A model generated the notes under the pieces. It saw only the letters and a program-made list of their open reading frames with translations, was not told the DNA's origin and searched no databases. The position numbers and the translations under genes were made by a program. Below are positions 26,650-39,198 of a stretch of DNA of 64,000 nt, piece after piece. How positions within the stretch are numbered: the stretch's first letter is position 1; every line of letters starts with the position of its first letter. The stretch is from Octopus sinensis (taxonomy: Eukaryota): the NCBI RefSeq assembly GCF_006345805.1, contig NC_043001.1, positions 39,494,001-39,558,000 on the forward strand, in the 5' to 3' direction.

Positions 26650-27850
26650 ATATCATTATAATTATTGCTTGAAAAACTAGAAGTAGTTGATAGCTTCCAT
26701 TACTTAAGTGACCAAGTCAGTAGTGGGGGTGGGTGCACTGAAAGTGTAGTTGCAAGAATAAGAATAGCCTGGGCAAAGTTCAGAGAGCTCTTACCTCTGC
26801 TGGTGATAAAGGGCCTCTCGCTCAGAGTAAAAGGTAGAAAGTATGACGCATGTGTACGAATAGCCATGCTACATGGCACTGAAACATGGGCCGTGACTGC
26901 TGAGGACATACATAAGCTTGCAAGGAATGAAGCTAGTATGCTCCACTGGATTTATAATGTCAGTGTGCATATTTGACAGAGTGTAAGTACCTTGAGAGAA
27001 TAGTTGGACATAAGAAGCATCAGATGTGGTGTGCAAGAGAGACGACTGTGCTGGTATGGTCATGTGGCGAGAATGGATGAGGATAGCTGAGTGAAAAAGT
27101 GCCACACTCTAGTGGTGGAGGGAACTTGTGGAAGAGGTAGACCCAGGAAGACCTGGGATGAGGTGGTGAAGCACGACCTTCGAACATTAGGCTTCACCAA
27201 GGCAATGACTAGTGACCAAGACCTTTGGAACTATACTGTGCTTGAGAAGACCTGGCAAACCAAGTGAGACCATAACATGTGGCCTATGCCAGGGGTGTAA
27301 CCACCCCACTTATGCATACCTTTCCTTTATTGGAAACTAAACTCTGCTTGTAAAGACCTGTTGATGCAAGTGAAATCGAAATCAAATTCGATGACGGGCA
27401 TCTGTGCTAGTTGAGCGCTAAGAGCACCATCCAAGCATGACCGTTGCCAGAGCAGCTGACTAACTTCCATGCCAGTGGCGCATAAAAAGCACCATTTGAG
27501 CGTGATCGTTACCAGCATAGCCTTACTGACACTTGTGCTAATGGTATGTGAAAAAATATTCAAGCAAGTTTGTTGCCAGTGCCGCTGGACTGGCTCCTGT
27601 GCAGGTGGCACGTAAGACACCATTTGAGCATGGCCGTTGCCAGTACTGCCTGACTGGCCCTCGTGCTGGTGACATGTAAAAGCATCCACTACACTCTCAG
27701 AGTGATTGGCATTAGGAAGGGCATCTAGCTGTTGAAACTGCCAGATCAGATTGGAGCCTGGTGCACCCATCTGGTTCGCCAGTCCTCTGTCAAATCGTCC
27801 AACCCATACCAGCATGGAAAGCGGACGTTAAACGATGATGATGATGATAT
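26650..27850 (+). mobile_element. RTE LINE 3' end with tandem-subrepeat 3' UTR and (GAT)n tail; solo 3' UTR copies near 28440-28740, 45320-45545(-), 48075-48360, 51800-52110, 60800-61148
   Basis: ORF 26665..26976 (RIRIAWAKFRELLPLL..LHGTETW), then 63-65 bp units and catggaaagcggacgttaaac(gat)n. Confidence 0.88.
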
Positions 27851-27960
27851 ACACATGTATGTATGTATATATATATGTGTGCGTGTGTGTTTGTGTGTGT
27901 ATATATATATATATATGTATATATATATTATTTGTATATGTGTGTGTGCACACACGTGTT

Positions 27961-27991
<31 letters not shown>

Positions 27992-28322
27992 GTATATATA
28001 TATATATAAAACTAATATATATAATTATATATATATTATATATATAGATTCAGATGAATATGGTACTTAAGTTGAGGCACCAGAATGAAGTACAGTATTA
28101 TCCATACAATTTCAAAATAAGGTAATTAAAATCAAAATCAGCAACAAGGATATCCAGAGGTAATGTAGTAAGATCGTTTCATGCAACTCCATTTAATTGA
28201 GCAATGCAATCATTACATCAATTTAAAATGCAAAGCAATCCTCAGCTGCACAAAGACATAGAATTTAATTAAATTAGAACAGATGGATACATTAATATAA
28301 TTATGACCAAAATCTCCAAACA

Positions 28323-28436
28323 GTTAAGAAAATAGACAAAGAACATGCTGTCTCACACTCCAGCATAGAAGTTACAGCATATAGAAACTTCTATGCTGGA
28401 GTGTGAGACAGCATGTTCTTTGTCTATCTTCTTAAC
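28323..28436. repeat. Near-perfect inverted repeat: 51-bp arms (1 mismatch), 12-nt loop
   Basis: 28323-28373 versus the reverse complement of 28386-28436, compared base by base. Confidence 0.95.
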
Positions 28437-29699
28437 TTCTTGGTGATTTTAGGTATGGATGATGACCATCTGACTGGTTCCCATACTGGTGGCACGTAAA
28501 AAGCACTATCCGAACGTGATGAATGCCAGGCCTGCCTGACTGGCTCCTGTGCTGATGACATGTAAAAAACACCCACTACACTCTCGGAGTGGTTGGCATT
28601 AGGGAGAGCATCAAGCTGTAGAAACATTGCCAGATCAAATTGGAGCCTGGTGCAGCCACTAGCTCTCCAGACCTCAGTCAAACCGTCCAAATCATGCAAG
28701 CATGGAAAACGGACATTAAATGATGATGATGATGATGAATAAATTCTTTTATTTTTTTATTTGTTTCAGTCATTTGACTACGGCCATGCTGGAGCACTAA
28801 ATTTTTTTTTATTTTATCAGTGGCCAGCATATAAAAGGTATTAAGGTGAAATCATATATATAATTATAATTAAGAGCATAGAAAATAATTCTAGCTTATA
28901 TGCTGAAAATAGATGCTAAATTGTTTCACCTCTTTAAAAATCACAAAGTTACACACATGTTGACGTTGAGAGAGCTTATAGGCTAGAAATTTTCAGCATA
29001 TAGGCTAGAAATTTTTCTATGCCCTTAATTATGTGTTCAGTCTCCATGTCAGTTTTGACATAGTTTCTATATCTGCACATATATATATATCATAGCTGCA
29101 CCCTTGTTACATGAGAAAAACTATTTCCAAGAAAACTTACTGAAATGCTTCATTATTGTTGCCATGTGATACCCTTATATGACTTTTAAGCCCAGTCAAG
29201 CTTTTACACATTTTATTACCTACTAGACAATTGTGCTGGCTGGCAGGAGAAACAGGTGCCACCATATGCACTCTCTTAACATGTCTTTTTAGACGTCCAA
29301 CTATGTATGTATGTATGTATGTATGTATGTATGTATGTATGTATGTATGTATGTATGTATGTATGTGAGATAACAGTTTCACTTTAATAGTTTCAGTATT
29401 AATAGTGAAACTATTGAAGTGAAAGTATCTGACATTATATTAGAGAGATGTTATTGTTTCACTTTTGACATGTATTACTGAAATAGTGGAAGAAATAAGA
29501 GATTGTTCTGGGCTCGTATTAGGCAAGAAGTTGAAAATTGTTTTTGGTCCATGACACTACTTGGACCCTAAGTAAAATATGTGTAAAATTTGAATGAAAT
29601 TGGTTGTGTAGTTCTCGAGTTTTAGGGATTCACACAGATAGACATGCCTCCTCATCTTTATATATATAGAAGATATAGATAAATAGACAGACAGATAGA

Positions 29700-29925
29700 T
29701 ATATAGATAGACACATACATACATACATACATACATACATACATACATACATACATGCATGCATGCATACATACATTCATACATACATACATACAACACA
29801 TGCATACACATACATACATACATACATACATACATACATACATACATACATACATACATACATACAATACATACATACATACATACATACATACATACAT
29901 ACATACATACATACATACATACATA
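29700..29925. repeat. (CATA)n microsatellite; many other (TA)n, (CA)n, (CATA)n, (AAT)n and (GAT)n tracts, e.g. 2595-2690, 13525-13660, 16822-16908, 30545-30650, 39765-39890, 50905-51015
   Basis: Direct inspection. Confidence 0.98.
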
Positions 29926-30242
29926 ACATTTCTGAGCCTTTTAGAATAATTAATAATTTTGTGAATTTCATCAAACCAAGAACAATTCATGGATCACATA
30001 CTAGCAACTAAATCTCTCTTCTGCAAATCAAACAAATAATCTCAGCCATAATATTGCTATTTCAATATTACTGGAATGATATAAGAAGGAAATTTATAGA
30101 TATTAAAATATTATTGACAATATTTGTTGGTTACAACTATCAGATTTTATGACTTGACTGAAACCCAAAGTTAGTGTTTAGAGAAATATATTTTGTTCAT
30201 GGTCAGGAAAATATGAAAATACGATTACTATATGGTACTTAC

Positions 30243-30518
30243 TATATAGTGGTATTGCCTGAAATTTTATCTCTTTGTCAGTGCCCTGACAAGTTAATGT
30301 TAAATCACTATTTGAAAGAAGAGTGACGTTTAAAATGTTGGCTTTTTCAGAAAGCACATTTGCTTCAAATTCATTATTTTTGATAGGTGACCAGCCAGGA
30401 CCACTCATTTTCTGTGTTCTGATTTGCCAGTATTCAACTTTTTGCTGTGCAAGACATTCAAGAGCTGTTGGTTGCTTTTTCCTGACAAATTTTACCATGT
30501 CAATTTCTTTGAGAGAAA
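30243..30518 (-). CDS. Ig-superfamily gene, Ig-like domain 1 exon (276 nt)
   Basis: Pyrimidine tract CAG|TT TCT CTC ... CTA TAT A|GTAAG, phase 1-1. Peptide has LEC...W...LTLTC (Ig B/C/F strand pattern). Confidence 0.9.
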
Positions 30519-30689
30519 CTGAAGGAAAAGAAAATATAAGTCACATATATATACATATACATACATACACATACATACATACATACATACATACATACAT
30601 ACATACATACATACATACATACATACATACATACATACATACATACATTTATATATAAATACAAACATATTGTTTAATAGCTACCTTGT

Positions 30690-31945
30690 TATTGGGTTGT
30701 CCGGAAAGTTTGTGCCGATTTTTAAAGGAAAGAAAAAGGTCAATAAATACTTGCCATTACATTTTTAATCAACCAAATATGAACCATTTTGTTGCACAAT
30801 GCATCTCCATCTTTCCTTTAACTTGAAAATACCCTCTTCCCAAAATTGAGGTGGTTTCATGGCAAAGAATTCATCATGGTATCTTTTTATGTCATCCAAG
30901 GAATTGAAATTTTTACCATTAAGACTATTCTGCAGAGACCTGAATAAGTGGAAATCCAAAGGAACAATATCTGGTGAATATGCAGCAATTTTTGTCTTGT
31001 TTCCAAAGAAATGTGCAGTCTTGCATTATCATGTTGGAAAACAACACCCTTCCTGTTGGCCAATTCTGGATGTTTCTCTTGTATTGCTGCTTTAACTCAT
31101 CCAGTTGTGTGCAGTATTTCTCAGAATTAATTGTCTGGTTACTTGGGAGAAGCTCATAGCACAGAGTTCCTTTCCAAACCCACCAGACACAAAGCAAGAC
31201 ATTTTTAGGGTGAAGACCCACTTTTGGGGTGGCTAAGGGTGGCACATGTCGCTTACTCCAGGATTGCTTTCTCTGAACATTTCAGTAGATAATCCATTTC
31301 TCATCACCTGTCACAATTTGTTTTAAAAAAAAGGCACATTTTCATTCCATTTATAAAGTGAATCACAGATGGAAATGCAATCCAAAATGTTCTTCTCACT
31401 CAACTCATGTAGTACCCAAACATCATAGTGATTTGTGTACCCAAGCATTACCAGGTGCTCATGAATGACAGATTTTGATAGGTTGAGGCTTTCTGCTAAT
31501 TCTCAGGTTGTGCAATGTGGGTTATTCTCAATTAATGACTTGATTTGGTCATCATCTGTAGTGGATGGCCTGCCTGATTGCTCTTTATCAATAAGGCTAC
31601 AATCTCCAGCTCAGAACCTTGTGAACCACTTCCGTACAGTTCTTTCAGATAAAGAAACATCATCGTAAATTGCGCATATTTCTTTGGTTGCTTGTGAGGA
31701 TTTTCCCTTTATGGAAAAAGAAAAGCATCAAGTGCCGAAAATGAACTGTCTTATCTTCCATTTTAAAGGGTTACAGAATTAACACAGGTTATAGGATCAT
31801 AAACCTTCTTCCATGAAAAGATAGCTTAAACTGTGCTCTAAATGGAGGTATAGTCAAATCCTATTTTAAGGACTCAACCATGTTCTAAAATAAGTTGAAA
31901 GGTAAGCTACTATAAATCGGCAAGAACTTTCCAGACAACCCTATA
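30690..31945 (-). mobile_element. Full-length but decayed mariner (DD34D type) with about 30-bp TIRs and TA ends
   Basis: TIR ttgggttgtccggaaagtttgtgccgattt / aaatcggcaagaactttccagacaaccct. Motifs WVLHEL, GDEKW, LLCVWW, DFHLFRSLQN. Confidence 0.92.
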
Positions 31946-34054
31946 TTTAAAATGTGTAAGTTTTCTAATGGAAAGACAACAATTTAAAATAAATGAAAAC
32001 TATGAGGATTAATGGAAAAATTCCTTTTAATATATAATTTAAAATTGAATGTGATTAGTCTTATAGAGGATATTTCAAAGAGAATGAAATGTGAGAGCTA
32101 AGTAGGAGTGACATCAATATATATCATAGATGATGCCTAAGACATCACCTTGCTGTCAATGACTCACATATTATATCTTCTAATCAGGAGGAATAATAGT
32201 TGTAAAATAAATGTCTCAATGAGAAGCATTGAGACATTATGTCTGTCATTCTGTCTGCCATTATGTTCTAAATTCAAATTCCACCAAGGTCGACTTACCT
32301 TTCATCCTTTCGGAGTCGATAAATTAAGTACCACTTGAGTACTAGGGTCAATATGATTGACTGTCCCCCTCCCCACAAAGATCCAGGCCTTGTGCCTATA
32401 GTAGAAAGGATTATTGATATAGTTAGTCATAGCAATGATCTTTCATAGACTAATGACATCAAGAATTTGTCAGTCAACTTAATTTTCCTGAAAAATCTTT
32501 GTATAAGTGAGTTTTAATATATTTTTCACATTTTTTCAACATTTTGCTTCACTCTCACTCTTTAGAACTTCTATATTGAGCAGAATATATCACCATCATC
32601 GTTATCATCATCATCATCATCATCATCATCATTTTAACATTTACTTAGGTCAGAATTTTCTATGACTGGATGACCTCTCTGCCACAAACCCCCACTTGTT
32701 TCCAGGCAAGGCAATAATCTCCCTTGGACATGTCTATGCAGAGAACTGAAAATAAACAACACATATAAACGAGTATTTTCTTCTGATTGCACAATGTATT
32801 AAGAAGCCCAGTCATGCTTTATGCAGTAGACTATGCCATCAACAAAGCCACTGTAGCACTGCAGTTGAACTACTTCACAGGTTCTGCTTGCTCTATCTCA
32901 TGGAGACCACCTTCTTGGACAGCAAGCTATGAAGACCTTCCTACTGCTTCCTTTTTGCTATTGTGTACATTTGTTTTTGCTGTACAGGACTCTTTTTCTC
33001 CTTGCATATATGTTTGTAAATATCCGATATTTTGCTTGACATTTTTTTTTTCCTATAATCAGATGTCTTGTGATTTCTAACTTTTCTTTGTAATTATTGC
33101 TGGTCCTGGACCATTCCTTGCATGCCCTTGTGATTATAATGTCCAAATTGCTATTGTTTTGTTTTTTAATGTGTGCTTAACACCCTACAATCCCTAGCTG
33201 CTTTGACTGACTTGCAGTCTGGGGGAAGGTATCTGTAGCAGTGCAGTCGAACTATTTCATTCCAGAATAGCAACACACTAGTGCTGCATTCCTCTGCTCT
33301 TTAAAAGCTAGCAGCAAAAGAATATGATGACTTCTGCCCAGCATGACTGGTGCCAAAATTCAAGTAAGAAAAGTCAGTTGCTGCCTAGAAGCAAGAAGGT
33401 TAACAAACAATAATCAATTGTCCAGTGACCTCGGTCACATGGAACAACATGCTGATGAGTTACTTATACACTCACTTGGAAACAATTTATTGCATTTTCT
33501 CTTTCACACAATGTATGGATTTTTACTGTTTATTTTCTCTGCCAGCATCACTCCAGCAGATAGTTATTTCTATCATCGCACACATCATTATACACAAGTG
33601 AAAATCACAATTACATTTGTTTATTTGTTACACTGTGCCCTCTCTCTAAATAAATCTGTTATATTAACCACCCCGCAAAAAGCCTTCTGATTATTTCATT
33701 TCCACTCACTTACGTACACCATCCTTGAACACCTTACGTTAATAACATACAAATACACACATACATATATACCACTCTCTCTCTCTCTCACTATATATAT
33801 ATATATATATATAAATTCTATAATTATGAGCATGTCTGGGAGATATCTTATGGTAGCAGAATAGTATTTAACTGCTATTTCTAAATTTTGGTATGTGGTG
33901 AAGTAAATTCTGCCGAACCCTAATTATAATTCTGCTCATAATTATAGAATTTTTGTATAATTTTACCCATAATGGTTCTTTTAAGATACCGAGCTACTTG
34001 GTAAAATTAATAATTATTAATTGATTAATTAATTTTACCCGTTATTATTATTAT

Positions 34055-34124
<70 letters not shown>

Positions 34125-34386
34125 AGTTCAGCAAAAATTTAGATTCAAATGAATATGGTACTTAAGTTGAGGCACCAGAATTTAGTACGCTATTATCCAT
34201 ACAATTTCAAAATAAGGTGATTAAAATCAAAATAAGCATACTGCATTACTGTAGTCGCAAAAATTGTGTGACAGCTATGACTGGGTTCCCATGCTTGTGT
34301 GGCATGGTGCAGAGTTCTGTTGTCAGACATAAGGGCCCTCTAGCAGCCACCTCTTCACGCAGGGCAGCACTACCTCCTCTAGGCAC

Positions 34387-34423
34387 TGTTTCTGAAGAAG
34401 AGCTTTGCTCGAAATGTAAATCA
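34387..34423 (+). ncRNA. Minimal hammerhead motif, second family
   Basis: UGUUU CUGAAGA A GAGC UUU GCUC GAAAU GUA^AAUCA. Confidence 0.6.
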
Positions 34424-34833
34424 CCCTTTCTTTCCTTCTCTGAGTATTTTATTAATACTCTGCATGTGCCACATCTTCACGTTATTGTTTTTACTTGTCT
34501 TATTTATATATATATATGATGGTCATCTTTCAGTTTTATCTGCCAAATCCAATCACATGGTTTTGGTTAATCTGGAGTTACAGTAGAAGATACTTGCCAA
34601 CGTTGCCTTGGCGTGAGACTGAAACCAAAGCCACATGGTTGGGACACAAACTTCTTAGCCATGTTTGCACTTAACTTCTAGATCACAGAATCATGTCCAT
34701 GTCTACATTTCATCTAATAGTGAATATTCTCTGATACACTTTGTACAACTCTGGATCTATATATTGGCTATGATAATAGATATAGACAGTCAGGGTCAAA
34801 AAGTGTTTATATCAGAAACATAGTGTTACTTAC

Positions 34834-34888
34834 CACAGAAAAATTGAATAATAAACAGGTATTTCAAATATAACAGATTGAATTCCAT
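34834..34888 (-). CDS. Ig-superfamily gene, first coding exon: signal peptide MEFNLLYLKYLFIIQFFC
   Basis: Minus strand reads TTTATTCTTTTGTTTGTAG|ATA ATG GAA...TTC TGT G|GTAAGT. Strong acceptor and donor, A at -3 and G at +4 of the ATG, hydrophobic 18-aa leader, and a phase-1 end matching the next Ig exon. Confidence 0.8.
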
Positions 34889-35359
34889 TATCTACAAACA
34901 AAAGAATAAACACTGATAGGAACAATTTCTACAAATAAGGAGCATGAAGTCCATGATGCAAAATACTACAATGTAGAAAATAACTTAACATTAATCATAG
35001 AAGCTTGTCTATGCAAAAACAGGAACCCACTGAACAACAAGTATTATCATGGTGAGATCATGAAGAGCAAGTATATAAGATATGATGGTGGTGGTGTTGG
35101 TGGTGATGATGATGGTGACGATTTTCCATAATTGTATTCAAGTTTTGCATTTCTAGTTTGGTACCTCTGCTTGGTACTGTCCTCTAATTTGTTGCCAAAA
35201 ACTGGGCTATTCATGAAAAAAAACTAAACATATCTCTCTGTTTTATCAGTCCCAGGCTTGGAAGAAAAGTAGGATTTCATGCTAGAATAAATGTAAAAAA
35301 TAATTTCAACTGCTGTTGTATTCCACACCAGCAAAGTCACAAAATTCCTCTAAACATAT

Positions 35360-35960
35360 TATGAGGGCTGGCAGGAAAGTTCATAGGCTGATCAAGATAC
35401 TCACATGGAATGTGATCAAATGAGGTTTATGTTTCAACATAGTCCCCTTTGCAGTCCATACATTTTTTCCATTGGGGTTGCAGTGCTTGGATCCTACTTC
35501 ATGATGTTGGTCAAAAAAGTCATCAACAACACATATGTCATGATCATTGTGACATTAGTTCCCAGCCTTGTTTTTTTTTATGTTAGAGAACAGGTGATAG
35601 TCAGATTAGGCCAAATCAGGAGAATAGGGAGGTTGATCAACCAATTCAAAACCACACTCATGCACAGCAGCCATTGAAACCAAGGACTTCTGTGCTGGAG
35701 TATATTCCTGATAAAACAAGACCACTTTGAGCATCTGGTCTTGATAGCCTTAAGTAATTTCCTCAGCAAGTTGGCATAGTACTTGTCATTGATGGTGTGG
35801 CTCTTTTGAAGATAGTTAATAGACACAATGCCTTTTGCATTCCAAAAAACTGAGACCATCACTCTGCTTGCTGATTAAATGACCTTGGCCTTTTTTGGAG
35901 TATGTGTGGTAGGGTGCTTCCACTGCATGTTGGCTTTTGCATGTTTTTGAATGTTATGAT
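35360..35960 (-). mobile_element. Mariner transposase 3' relic with one TIR
   Basis: MQWKHP..PKKAKVI*SASRVMVSVFWNAKGIV; TIR-like tatgagggctggcaggaaagttcataggctg. Confidence 0.85.
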
Positions 35961-36324
35961 TCATGTATTTACCTGAGGAAAATGGGATTTTCTAATGATG
36001 TAATGTTTCCATTAATCAATTAAAAATTCGTTGGAAACAGCTGTAGTGGATTGACATATTATCAATCTGTTGTTATTTATTTATGTGTGTGTGTGTGTGT
36101 GTGTGTGTGGATGGATGGATATATGATAGGACACAATGAGGAGCTTTGACTGCACTTTTGACATTGAGAAGAAATATATTTTTGATAAATTTTCACAAGC
36201 TTACAAAAACAGTATCAGCCAAGTAAATGATCTTCTCTAAATGCATTAAAAATATTTGAACAATCTGAACACTGTTTCAGAAAATTATCACCATTCTCTT
36301 TGAACATATAAAAAATAAATTTAC

Positions 36325-36445
36325 CTGAGGCAAAATCAGCAAGCCAAGAGGAAATGTAAATTCACCTCTTTCATTCTTCAGAATTACATTTGAAAACAAA
36401 CTCATACATATGAATATACATCATTAGACATCAGAAGGATGAAAA
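36325..36445 (-). other. Candidate 5' UTR exon of the Ig gene (121 nt), with an in-frame upstream ATG at 36405
   Basis: TTTTTGTTGCAG acceptor and CAG|GTAAAT donor. No frame is open across the whole exon. The ATG at 36405 gives 27 codons ending in phase 0, in frame with the signal-peptide exon. Confidence 0.5.
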
Positions 36446-37262
36446 CTGCAACAAAAATTTTAAACTTTTAGGTCAAATGAAAGAGAATCAGGGAAAAATG
36501 GCATGAGACATGAAATTAATCAAAAAACCTCAACATAAAATATACTCTTTAGCTTCTTCACAATCTGCTGAAGTGGCTCTCTTCCCAAAATATTTACACA
36601 ACATGCAGTTAAAGAGAAGAAATTTCTAAAATTAATCATGGCCCATTTTATCCCATCTTAGACATCAGTTTTTTAAAAAATTGACACCCAGATATTTCAT
36701 TAGCAACCTCAGTTACAAACAGGTCGAAATAGAGGAAAAATTTCTTGAAAAGAAATACTTGTCACCTGATTATTTTCCAAAATCTCTCAACTTCAACAAC
36801 AACAACAACTGTGCTGACGAATTTTTACTTCTAAAGATGATGCACCAGTATAAAATAATGAGGCAATACTTGCAATGTAATGATAGGGAGAAAATATCAA
36901 GAAATCAGAAATTATTCATTTTACCTCAGTTACTTATTTTGCACCCCACTTATATACAATACACAAATACACACACATTATATATATATATATATATCTA
37001 TATATATATATACTAGTTGCGGTGATACTAGTTGCGGATTCTAGCTCGCTCTGATACTGAGTTGAGTTGGTGCCTTCTAGTACTCAAAATTCAATATATA
37101 ACATTTATGATTATAGTATTCTACGCTGAGAAAGAGTTTCAGATAGAATTATTTAATATTAATATTTAATTCTTATGCTTTCCTAAAAACTTGATTTCGA
37201 AACGTACGTCCGTAGATAACTTAAAAATGTATGATAGATTGCCGTCATTCATTCTCTCTTAC

Positions 37263-37320
37263 CTGTTTGTGTCTGCCTTCCAATGCGTTTTTACTGAGAT
37301 CTCCCTTTTTAGTAGAAGAA
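37263..37320 (-). promoter_or_regulatory. Possible first (non-coding) exon / TSS region of the Ig gene
   Basis: Strong donor CAG|GTAAGA at 37263 with no upstream acceptor, about 800 nt upstream of the 36325-36445 exon. The 5' boundary is a guess. Confidence 0.3.
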
Positions 37321-37493
37321 ATAGCTATAACTCTTTGACTGCTATTTCTAAATTCGGTATGTGGTAAGGCAATTCGTTGCTAAACCCTTTATTGCTTAGT
37401 ATTACTTAAATCCTCGAATGAGGCTTTTAACGAAGACTACTTGGTGTAATTGATAATTATTCCAATTAATTAATTTCACCCTCATATTACGGA

Positions 37494-37528
<35 letters not shown>

Positions 37529-37747
37529 GTTTATATATTTGTTGTGCAAGATTTTTTATGTGAAGTCGTGTGTTGAAACAGATATTGTTATATTTCGGAA
37601 TACAAATATTACAGGCATCCCCCCACACACACTAAATAAACATAGACGCAAATAATAAACATGCGCAAATGAAGACATACAATAGAAATACAAAATGGCT
37701 GACGGTTAGTAAGGAGAGACACAAATAAGAAAGAAGAAAACAAAGGA

Positions 37748-37787
37748 CCACTGATGCGGTCACAGGAGTGTGACGAAAGAACTCTGG
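37748..37787 (+). ncRNA. Minimal hammerhead motif (A9->C), same family as 21269
   Basis: CCA CUGAUGC G GUCAC AGGAGU GUGAC GAAA GAA CUC UGG, inside a solo copy of the same terminal repeat (about 37610-37910). Confidence 0.6.
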
Positions 37788-37849
37788 CGGAAATTAGATT
37801 AAGATTAATGTAAAAAATAAATAACACTGAAGCAAAATAACACCAAATA

Positions 37850-38159
37850 TATAGTGCGTGTGTTTTTATTGGCTAAACTGGCAAAATGACCATTCCGAAA
37901 TATAACAATATATATATATATAAATTAGAAAAAAACCACCTTTTATCAATTCAAAAGGAAAATTAAACTTATCAAAGTATATATATTATATATATATATA
38001 ATATATATATCTATATATATATATATATACATATACTTTGATAAGTTTAATTTTTCATTTTGAATTGATAAAAGGTGTTTTTTTTCTAATTTATATATAT
38101 ATATATATTGTTATATTTCGGAATGGTCATTTTGTCAGTTTAGCCAATAAAAACACACG

Positions 38160-38165
<6 letters not shown>
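37850..38165. repeat. Fold-back palindrome (about 130-bp arms around a (TA)n spacer)
   Basis: tatatagtgcgtgtgtttttattggctaaactggcaaaatgaccattccgaaatataac and tagaaaaaaaccaccttttatcaattcaaaa are both mirrored at 38035-38165. Confidence 0.85.
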
Positions 38166-38230
<65 letters not shown>

Positions 38231-38479
38231 CATCGTAGCACTCTGTCAGTTATGACAACGAGGGTTCCAGTTGATCTGATCAATGGAACAGCTGGCTTGT
38301 GAAATTAACAAGTGTGTGGCTGAGCACTCCACAGACATGTGTACCCTTAACGTAGTTCACGGGGAGATTCAGTGTGACATAGAGTGAGTCAAGTCTGGCT
38401 CTTTGAAATACAGGCACGACAGAAACAGGAAGAAAGAGTGAGAGAAAGTTGTGGTGAAGAGTGCAGCAGGGTTCACTTG

Positions 38480-38862
38480 CACCAAACATTGTTGCTGCAT
38501 GACAATGCAAGCCCACACAGACCATTCAAACTATTAACCAATTGGGTTTTGAGGTACTGGAACACCCTACCTATAGCTCAGATCTTGCCCCTTCTGACTA
38601 TTATATCTTTGGACTACTCAAAGATGGCTTGCGAGGTCGTCAATTTCCCATAGATGAAGATATGAAGAAAGTGGTGCATAAATGGTTGTATGATCAACTG
38701 GAAACCTTCTTGGAGGGAATATGCAAGCTTGTGGAATTCTGCACCAATTGTATTGAAAATGAAGGAGACTATATAGAAAAATTACATACTTGTTTATCCC
38801 TTGCTTTTGTGTAAATACATTGAAAACACAAGAGTGCATATAATTTTTGATTCTCCCTTGTA
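38480..38862 (+). mobile_element. Mariner transposase C-terminal relic with TIR
   Basis: LHDNASPH, HPTYSSDLAPSDYYIFGLLK, EGDYIEK. Confidence 0.9.
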
Positions 38863-39157
38863 TAAACATATATATATTTGATGAAATTTTGGTCTAGCAT
38901 TTAGCATTTAGGTAACTACTACTGAAGATACAAACATATGCTGAAATCACATGATACAGCAGTCCTAACACAAGTGTTTATTAAGTTCATCTGCCAATAT
39001 AATTTGTGCTTTTTTGCATTTATAATCTATACAAGATAATTTCTAGGGACTATATACTGCAGTTTATTGCATCATTAAAATATCACATCCAAGTTAAGTT
39101 AAATGTGCAAATTAATAAATATACATACATGTATGTATGTATGTATGTATGTATGTA

Positions 39158-39198
<41 letters not shown>

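Noticed and set aside
27440-27690. Regularly spaced repeats that could be mistaken for a CRISPR array
   Set aside because: Whole units are homologous (no unique spacers), they belong to an RTE 3' UTR, and the genome is eukaryotic with no cas genes.
29557-30011. ORFs with MYVC/HTYI/IYIY repeats (also 2500-2748, 27732-28070, 39671-39956, 50111-50418 and others)
   Set aside because: Translations of (CATA)n, (TA)n and (CA)n microsatellites.
35973-36040. Possible extra 5' UTR exon (CAG|GTAAAT donor)
   Set aside because: Weak acceptor, and it abuts a mariner relic; unsupported.
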